Part shown: positions 53,216 through 64,000 of the stretch, in pieces
How positions within the stretch are numbered: the stretch's first letter is position 1
Layout of the letters: every line of letters starts with the position of its first letter
Notes under the pieces: model-generated
What the model was told of the DNA's origin: nothing
Database searches by the model: none
The model's input: only the letters and a program-made list of their open reading frames with translations
Translations under genes and position numbers: made by a program
DNA from: Octopus vulgaris
Lineage: Eukaryota
Assembly (NCBI GenBank): GCA_951406725.2
Contig: OX597824.1
Location: 24,676,001-24,740,000 of the forward strand
Reading direction: 5' to 3'
DNA: 64,000 nt

Positions 53216-53994
53216 GTACCCGTAGCATAGCGGTTCGGCAAAAAAGAGACCGATAGAATAAGTACTAGGCTTACAAAGAATAAGTGCTGGGGTCGATTTG
53301 CTCGACTAAAGGCGGTGCTCCAGCATGGCCGCAGTCAAATGGCTGAAACAAGTAAAAGAGTGAGAGAGTAAACAAGAAGAAATGACAAAAAAATAATATA
53401 AAACCTGTCTTACTTCAACGGAATTTTCCATAGGAAAAAGCTGAATGAGTGAGAGTAAATAATCTTGAGAATGGCTTACAGTGATGGTGCTGGTAGCGGA
53501 TAGAAGAATTGTGAGAGAGGAGGCAAATGCAGAAAGCAGAGTTAAGTCTGAAAGAGAGCTGGTAAAACATTGGAGATGAACAGATTACGATGATGGAGAA
53601 CGGAAGAGAAAATAAATGGCTGGGAGAACAAGAGGGAAATATTAAACGGCAAAAATGATTTTTTTTTCACTTGAAAAATGGCTAGCACTTGACTCTATGT
53701 TTTAGTTTTCTGGTTCCATCTTGAGGAATAAATGTCATTAAATTCAAAATCTATTACGTACGGTATTCCATACTTCACGTTTTACCTAAATTATCCAATT
53801 TGATGTCATCTCTTTGAGTTATTTCCCTTTAGTCTCTTTATTTGAATGAGTGCATCTTTTATATTAAGACTGCGGTCATGCTGTAGCACCGCCTTGGAAG
53901 ATTTCCTCGAACGAATCGACCCCATTACTTACTTTTAAGTGCAGTACTTTTTCTATAATTTTCTTTTGCTAAATCCCCAAGTTATCTTCCAAGG

Positions 53995-54139
<145 letters not shown>

Positions 54140-54163
54140 GTAATTATGTGTACATACATACAT

Positions 54164-54202
<39 letters not shown>

Positions 54203-54284
54203 GGCAGACAGGAAGACAGACAGACAGAATGTGTGTGTATGTACGGACGCGCGTAATGTCAGCTGCTGCTAATATAAGAGATAA

Positions 54285-54308
54285 GATGATGATGGTGCTG
54301 ATGATGAC

Positions 54309-54360
<52 letters not shown>

Positions 54361-54637
54361 GTGGTGGTGATGATGATGATGATGACGATGGTGATGATGA
54401 TGATGATGATGACGATGATGATAATGATGAAGATGAAGATGATGATGATGATGATGATGGTGCTGATGTTGATGATGTTGATGATGATGACAACGATAAG
54501 GATGAATATGATGATTACGGTAATAGTGATAATGAGGGCGGTTTTGAATTAGAGGAAGAGGTCAATGAAGAGGAAGGCGAAGCAACGGATAGAAGAAACT
54601 CCAACAATTATGTCAACATGACCCAGACAACAGCAGC

Positions 54638-54672
<35 letters not shown>

Positions 54673-54684
54673 CTAACTACTACG

Positions 54685-54720
<36 letters not shown>

Positions 54721-54798
54721 GTCACCACCACCACCACCACCACCACCACCACTATTCTAAATCGCTTTAATCTTTCGTGTTTACACATACATATACAC

Positions 54799-54831
<33 letters not shown>

Positions 54832-54973
54832 TGTATGTATGTATGTATGTATGTATGTATGTATGTATGTATGTATGTATGTATGTATGTATGTATGTAT
54901 GTATGTATGTATGTGTGTATGTATGTATGTATGTATGTATGTATGTATGTATGTATGTATGTATTTATGTATG

Positions 54974-55004
<31 letters not shown>

Positions 55005-55170
55005 GTATTTATGTATGCATGCATGCATGTATGTATGTATGTATGTATATATGTATGTATGTATGTATGTGTGTATGCATGTATGCATGAATGGATGGTT
55101 CTTTGTTATTTATGTATACATACATGCATGCATGCATGCATAGATGTGTGTATGTATGTATATATGTATG
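54285..55170. repeat. (GAT)n, (CAA)n, (CTA)n, (CAC)n and (TATG)n microsatellites
   Basis: Directly visible. Confidence 0.95.
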
Positions 55171-55377
55171 TCTGTCTCCCACTGTGTGTGCGTGCGCGTG
55201 CGCGCGAGTATGAAGAAAGCGAAAGAGCAGAAATGGTTGTATATATGTTTATAAATGTCTATCTTCCCATCTCCTCTTTCCTTTTATTATACAGTTTGTC
55301 CTTTCCATTAGTGACCACCACCACAGAATACCACTCTATACCCTCATTCTTTCTTAAGATCCTTCGTCCCTCTTTTC

Positions 55378-55954
55378 GATCCTTTTCTACTCTAAGCACA
55401 AGGCCCGAAATTTTGTGGGAGGAAGCCAGCCAATTAGATCGACCTCAGTACGCAACTGGTACTAAATTATCGACCCCGAAAGGATGAAAGGCAAAGTCGG
55501 CGGAATTTGAACTCAGAACGTAAAGACAGACGAAATACCTATCTCTTTACTATCCACAAGGGGCTAAACACAGAGAGGACAAACAAGGACAGATAAACGG
55601 ATTAAGTCGATTATATCGACCCCAGTACGTAACTGGTACTTCATTTATCGACCTCGAAAGGATGAAAGGCAAAGTCGACCTCGGCAGAATTTGAACTCAG
55701 AACGTAACGGCAGACGAAATACCTATTTCTTTACTATCCACAAGGGGCTAAACACAGAGAGGACAAACAAGGACAGATAAACGGATTAAGTCGATTATAT
55801 CGACCCCAGTACGTAACTGGTACTTCATTTATCGACCTCGAAAGGATGAAAGGCAAAGTCGACCTCGGCAGAATTTGAACTCAGAACGTAACGGCAGACG
55901 AAATACGGCTACGCATTTTGCCCGTAGTGCTAACGATTCTGCCACCTCACCGCC
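55378..55954 (-). mobile_element. SINE family B trimer (two near-identical units plus a last unit with alternative tail)
   Basis: GAAATAC junction marks at 55906, 55722 and 55538 (184-nt spacing). Confidence 0.92.
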
Positions 55955-56178
55955 TTTCACTCATTTTATTAAATCAACCTTACACAGCTTTGTCTCATCC
56001 TTCATTACAACATGAACACCACACGGACGATAAAGACCACGCCCACGACGACAACGACCACCACAGCGGAAACCACCACCACCACCACCACTACTACTGT
56101 CACTTCCGCCAATACCACCACCATCATCACCATCATATTATTTATTCACCGGGTATGCTAGAAACAGCAACCCAATCC

Positions 56179-56266
56179 TAGGGCCGGCTTAGCAGCATTA
56201 TAGCCTTCCCCCACCAGGTAAATAAATACACTGGGCCCTATAGCATTTATCTTTTAGCAAGTCACA

Positions 56267-56327
<61 letters not shown>

Positions 56328-56478
56328 TAAATGAGGGTGAAAAATTAGATATTAATTTAATAATACCATCAGTTTAACACCAAGTGGCTTAGCACATAAA
56401 AAACCAGGGAGACAATACAAATTTATACATAAATATAAGAGAGTTACCGCTACCGCTAAGTGGTTAACTCTACTGCTA

Positions 56479-56519
<41 letters not shown>

Positions 56520-56610
56520 CATATATATATATACGTATGATAATTGGGCCCCTAGACCTGCGATGCCCCTGGGCAACTGTCCAATGTGCCCATGTCTTAA
56601 AACAGCACTG
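56179..56610. mobile_element. Degenerate hAT-like MITE
   Basis: TAGGGCCGGCTTAG start and CTTAAAACAGCACTG end, with GGGCCC subterminal motifs. Confidence 0.45.
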
Positions 56611-57371
56611 CCAAAAACCCTCCTATGAGTCAACGCGCTACCACTTTATTTAAATGCAGGTGCACATTGGACAAAAATTTTGGAGCAGGAAATTAAAGGA
56701 TGAAAGGAAGAGTCGACCACGCAGGAATTTGAACTCAGAACGTTGAGGAACGAAATGCCGCAAAGTAGTTTGTTAAGTGTGCCAACAATTCTGCCAGCTC
56801 GTCGCTGGTGCAGTATTTGGAGTTAGCGCATGTGCGAATTTGTGTGTTTTGTTTCATGTATGTATTCTCACACATATTGGTTGCATGCCTAGAAATGCGC
56901 GTATGATGAAAGGGAGAGAGAGAGAGAGGGGAGGAGAGAGAGAGAGAGAGAAGCAGAGAGAGAAGAGAAAAGGTTGTATATGGGTTTACAAGTATTTATT
57001 TTGTCTCTGTCCTCTTTCGTTATCAGATCGTAAAGTCAGAAGAAATGCCGCTACGCACTTTTGTCCGGCGTGTTAACCGCTCTGCGAGCTTGCTTGCTTT
57101 GGTAAAAATTGACCGACAATAATGAAAGAATTGAAATAGAACCGGTGCGTGTGTTTATTATTGGTGTAGTAACCTATCCAGGATACCACAGTATTCAATA
57201 AAATGTGATATTTTATCTCTTACTTGCTTCAGTCGTTAGACTGCGGCTATGCAGGGGCACTGCTTTGAATAAATTTTAGCCGAACGAATCGACACTAGCA
57301 CTTACTTTTTTAACCTGGTACTTATTCTGTCGGTTTCACAGCCGAACAGCTAAGTTACGGGGACGCAAGCA

Positions 57372-58424
<1,053 letters not shown>

Positions 58425-58425
58425 G

Positions 58426-58852
58426 AGGTGGTGAGCTTGCTGAATCGTTAGCACGTCGAACAGAATGTTTAGCAGCATTTCTTCCGGTTCTTTATGTTCT
58501 GAGTAAAAATTCCACCGGAATCAACTTTGCCTTTTATTTTTCAAGGTCGATGAAATACATACCAATCAAGTACTGGAGTTGATGTAATAGACTTCGCTTC
58601 CCCCCTAAAGTGCTGGCCTTGTGCCAAAAATTTGATACAAAGGTAAGGGAACTGGGCGAATTGTTCGCACGTCTAACAAAATACTCAGCGACACTGCTTC
58701 TGGTTCTTTACGTTCTGAGTTCAAATCCCACGGAAGTTGAATTTTTTCTTTTGGAATCGATAAAATAAGCACCGGTTGAGCTTTTTGAGTCGATGTAATC
58801 ATCTTGCTCCTCGCATTACAATTGTTGGCCTTGTATCAAAATTAGAAAGAAT
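58426..58852 (+). mobile_element. Two old SINE family B copies in tandem
   Basis: Diverged heads, central domains and GGCCTTGT tails. Confidence 0.72.
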
Positions 58853-59407
58853 TCTTGTATGTTTGTTTTATTTTTAGTACATGTCAGGTGGTGGTGGTGG
58901 TGGTGGTGGTGGGATTGGCGGCAGCAATGATGATGTCGAGGGAAGACGGGAGGTAAGAAAGTAATCTGGAAATGGAAAAGTAATAAAAGCGAAATGTATC
59001 TGATGACAAGAGATATAAGGAGAAAACTATTTCGAGATAACCGGAAGTGATAAGAGGTATCTATGTTTTAGCGTCTAAAAACAGCAGTATGAGTTACGCT
59101 ATAATTATCTATATGGTAGGTATGCGTGCTTAAGCATGCGCATTGAAGACCAAGAACATATCAAAAGTTATGAATGAGTTTGAAGATCGGTGTGTAGTCT
59201 TGCACAGTGTAAGGATATATAGGTTCCATTCACACCTGTTGTTTACTGTTGTGATTCATATTGGTGCTTTTGCTGTTATTTCTAGCGTTGCTCATGCATG
59301 CCTTCGTAATGCAGGTAGCCTACCAGGTACGTTTGTGATAAGGGCGTAGTAAATTACATAGAAGCAATCATAAAACTAGTTAAGAGTAAATTATTCCAAA
59401 ATCTCAC

Positions 59408-60603
<1,196 letters not shown>

Positions 60604-60630
60604 TATTCTTACAATAATGGTTTCTTGCTA

Positions 60631-60760
60631 AGGCGGCGAGCTGGCAAAACTGTTAGCACGCCGGGCGAAATGCTTAGCGGTATTTCGTCTGCCGTGACGT
60701 TCTGAGTTCAAATTCCGCCGAAGTCGACTTTGCCTTTCATCCTTTCGGGGTCGATTAAAT
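60631..60760 (+). mobile_element. SINE family B, 3'-truncated
   Basis: Head and central domain. Confidence 0.88.
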
Positions 60761-61431
60761 AAGATTATTAAAGAAATTCGACAGGTGTATCTAAAAAGAT
60801 TCAGCACCACTGAAAAACCATATGGCTTAATTGTAGGAGAATGGAAAAAGAAAGAAAGAAAGAAAGAGAAAGAGAGAAACAGACAGACAGACAGAGGGTA
60901 GAGAGAGAGGAATGTACCGCGATTCATGGGTTGTTTAATCCGATAGGGTCTCATTGAACCGACAGAACTGTAAACCCATTTCAACCGATCATGCTAATTA
61001 GTTCTGCACAGGATAGCAGGTATTCCCCCTACACTAGGATTTCTATCAAAACTAATAATTCTCAATTCACTTTTAAATATAAATATAATTTTACTATCTT
61101 TATTATTATTATTTTTCGGAACTCTTATTAGATTATATTTCTACTTAAATTTAATAATAATATTAATAATTAAATCATTTTTCATACTTAAAACAAATAA
61201 AATAATAAAAAGTATAAAATCTAAGGGAAAATTCAATTTCAGCGCTCGTCAGAAGCACTGTTAGGAAGAGTATGGCGACGATTCTCTACAACTGAAGGTC
61301 TGAAAGTGTCATATCTGGTATGTGTAGGTGTTGTGTTAAATAGGAACAAAAAATAAAATAAATAAACCCATGCGAGAAGTTCACAGAGGAGACTCATGGA
61401 TCCTATGTAGAAGCAACATCGTATGTTCATT

Positions 61432-61653
61432 TACTCTTTACTCTTTTACTTGTTTCAGTCATTTGACTGCGGCCATGCTGGAGCACCGCCTTTCTAGTCG
61501 AGCAACTCGACCCCGGGACTTATTCTTTTGTAAGCCCAGTACTTATTCTATCGGTCTCTTTTGCCGAACTGCTAAGTAACGGGGACGTAAACACACCAGC
61601 ATCGGTTGTCAAGCAATGCTAGGGGTACAAAGACAGACACACAAACACACACA

Positions 61654-61711
<58 letters not shown>

Positions 61712-61876
61712 TACGACGAGCTTCTTTCAGTTTCCGTCTACCAAATCCACTCACAAGGCATTGGTCGGCCCGGGGCTATAGCAGAAACACTTGCCCAAGA
61801 TGCCACGCAGTGGGACTGAACCCGGAACCATGTGGTTGGTAAACAAGCTTCTTACCACAGAGCCACTCCTGCGCCT
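61432..61876 (-). mobile_element. SINE family A, full length
   Basis: Consensus match. Confidence 0.92.
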
Positions 61877-62774
61877 AATGGTTTATGCATAATGGTTTAT
61901 GCAATACAAAGACTGTCGTAAACGAGACAGGCAGACAGACGTGCAGAGGGTTTAGCATAAGGCTCCTTCAGAATCAGATTTAAGGACCACAGATCCTCCT
62001 TTAATATCCAGAAGAGGCAAAACGTTACAGCCTAGCTAGGCATACGTGATCGTAGAAAGAAAGCGTCTCGGAGTACAGCAGCAAATGGGGAGTACTGGAG
62101 AGGCGCAAACTTTACTGCAATGGCAGTTGGAGGTGCGGGCTATGCCTGGCGGAGAAAGGAACTGCGCTAATAGAGTCAAAGGCCATCCAACAGCAGGGAG
62201 TGAGAGAGCCCTAGTCCTTCTTTAGACATCTCCTTATGACAAGGAAAACTCTGATGTGAAACCCGCGAGTTCGTGTACATCTCTTTGCCAACTAACTTGC
62301 GAGAACATACGAGGAAATGAAGACAATTTCCTAGCTTTAAGAGTATCGTGAAAGGCCTGGCTGGAGCTCCAACCTTCCGATTTTTTTTTTACAAGGCTTA
62401 GTAAAACTGAAGGACCGCTGCAATAAGTGTGTGATTCTGAGATGGGTATGTGTTGAATAAAACCATAATTAACTGATCCTCCTCTATTTTCTTTAACCGA
62501 AAGGCAAGAACTATTTAGCATTCCTTCTTAGACATACCAAATGTGCACGATAAGCTACAGGGAGTATCATTCCCCAAAATTCCGTTGAATCAGGAGTCTA
62601 GGATCAGGAATTTCCGAAACAGCAATCTTGCTCTTGTTTGTTTCTGGACTCCTTCGCTTGATAGGTGAGGGGTTTAGCGATGTTGTGCAAGCTGGTATTG
62701 ACTCTAAATTTCAGGAGAGGCATATATATATATATATACATACATATATATATATACATACATATATATATATT

Positions 62775-62911
62775 CTTTCCTTGCTTCTTTCTAGGGAAGA
62801 GCGTTGGCTCCGAAACGTTAAAGACTTTTTCACTTCCCGAGCGTTATACAAATACATCTGTTTGTTATCTACACCACCTGTCTTCGTTTTTTTTTCCGTG
62901 AATTCTCCCTA
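62775..62911 (+). mobile_element. Short pLTR-like element with degenerate hammerhead-like motif (62786-62824)
   Basis: tcttt-CTAGGGA-A-GAGC(GTTG)GCTC-C-GAAA-CG-TT-aaaga. Confidence 0.55.
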
Positions 62912-62962
62912 TATACATACATAAATACTTACATACATACATAAATATTATTTATATTATTT

Positions 62963-63254
62963 CTGAGACTATCCAGGCTCATGGACCTGGTTTCCCGGTT
63001 TATATGGCGTATGTGTTTTCTCCACCTGGACGGGACGCCAGTCCATCGCAGCGTTACTCAAGAAACAGGAAGAAAGGGTGAGAGAAAGTTGGGGCGAAAG
63101 AGTACAACAGGGGTCGCCACCACTCCCTGCCGGAGACTCGTGGAGCTTAAGGTGTTTTCGCTCAATAAACACACACAACGCCCGGTCTGGGAATCAAAAC
63201 CGCGATCCTCTGACCGCGAGTCCGCTTCCCTAACCACTGAACCATTGCGCCTCC
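62963..63254 (-). mobile_element. tRNA-derived SINE with V-domain-like segment
   Basis: GGAGGCGCAATGGTTCAGTGGTTAGGG..GGTTTTGATTCCC head; CTGCGATGGACTGGCGTCCCGTCCAGG. Confidence 0.82.
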
Positions 63255-63277
63255 ATATATATATATATATATATACT

Positions 63278-63316
<39 letters not shown>

Positions 63317-63317
<1 letters not shown>

Positions 63318-63705
63318 TCTTTTTCTCTCTTTTACTTGTTTCAGTCATTTGACTGCAGCCATCCTGGAGCACCACCTTTAATCGAGCAAATCGACCCCGG
63401 GACTTATTCTTTTGTAAGCCCAGTACTTATTCTATCGGTCTCTTTTGCCGAACCGCTAAATAACGGGGACATAAACACACCAGCATCGGTTGTCAAGCAA
63501 TGCTAGGGGACAAACACAGACACGCATACATATATATACATATACATATATACGACGGGCTTCTTTCAGTTTCCGTCTACCAAATCCACTCACAAGGCTT
63601 TGGTCGGCCCGAGGCTATAGTAGAAGACACTTGCACAAAGTGCCACGCAGTGGGACTGAACCCGGAACCATGTGGTTGGTTAGCAAGCTACTTACCACAC
63701 AGCCA
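63317..63705 (-). mobile_element. SINE family A
   Basis: Consensus match. Confidence 0.9.
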
Positions 63706-63738
63706 CATATACACACACACACACATACATACACTTCA

Positions 63739-63964
63739 TTAAAATGCAGCAAGAATATCTCAAAAACTGTTACTCAGAGTTTTTCCCGTTCCCGTTCGTC
63801 GGACAGTTTTGTTTAGAATTGGAAAACGTGAAACCCACCCCGAGTAACAGTTTTTGTGATATTTTTTTTACTATTTTTTTCATAAACCATATTTCTCAAC
63901 CTCTGGTATTTGAGTACTATTTTATTTTTTCCCCACCTTGCTTCGCATTTATGTGCTTACTCTG

Positions 63965-63966
<2 letters not shown>
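63739..63966. mobile_element. Third inverted pLTR-like element; hammerhead-like fold on minus strand 63763-63810
   Basis: aaaactgt-CCGACGA-ACG(GGAA)CGG-GAAA-AACTCTGAG-TA-acagtttt; the right arm is the reverse complement of 8408-8470. Confidence 0.72.

Positions 63967-64000
<34 letters not shown>

Noticed and set aside
61900-62720. Possible exon or TE coding remnant in unique, GC-balanced sequence (similarly 13035-13445, 19380-20950 and 15830-16200)
   Set aside because: No motif or reading frame I could recognise with confidence; needs BLASTx.

Overview
Eukaryotic, AT-rich, extremely repeat-dense window with no supportable host gene; it is probably intergenic or intronic. The SINE families and microsatellite load resemble an octopus (coleoid cephalopod) genome, which is an inference from recall, not a database result. 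Nearly all ORF-track entries are translations of microsatellites or SINEs. All real coding remnants are transposon-derived: a 5'-truncated Penelope-like element (RT thumb plus GIY-YIG), a CR1-group LINE with a second 3' copy, an RTE LINE with a 5' inversion, and fragments of Tx1-like, R4/Dong-like, RTE, mariner and maT/DD37D-like elements. There are dozens of tRNA-derived SINE copies (two dominant families, here called A and B), two non-autonomous Helitrons and several MITEs. The most notable signals read from the sequence are: (1) short (TA)n-embedded elements carrying variant type I hammerhead-ribozyme folds, some as back-to-back inverted pairs; (2) SINE-B concatemers with an invariant 184-nt period and junction at three loci; (3) a Tx1-like LINE always embedded in (ATCT)n whose 3' tail resembles that of SINE-B; (4) a twin-priming-type inversion in an RTE LINE; (5) long fold-back structures and a diverged non-coding duplicate. 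Coordinates were counted by eye and may be off by a few bases for degenerate elements.
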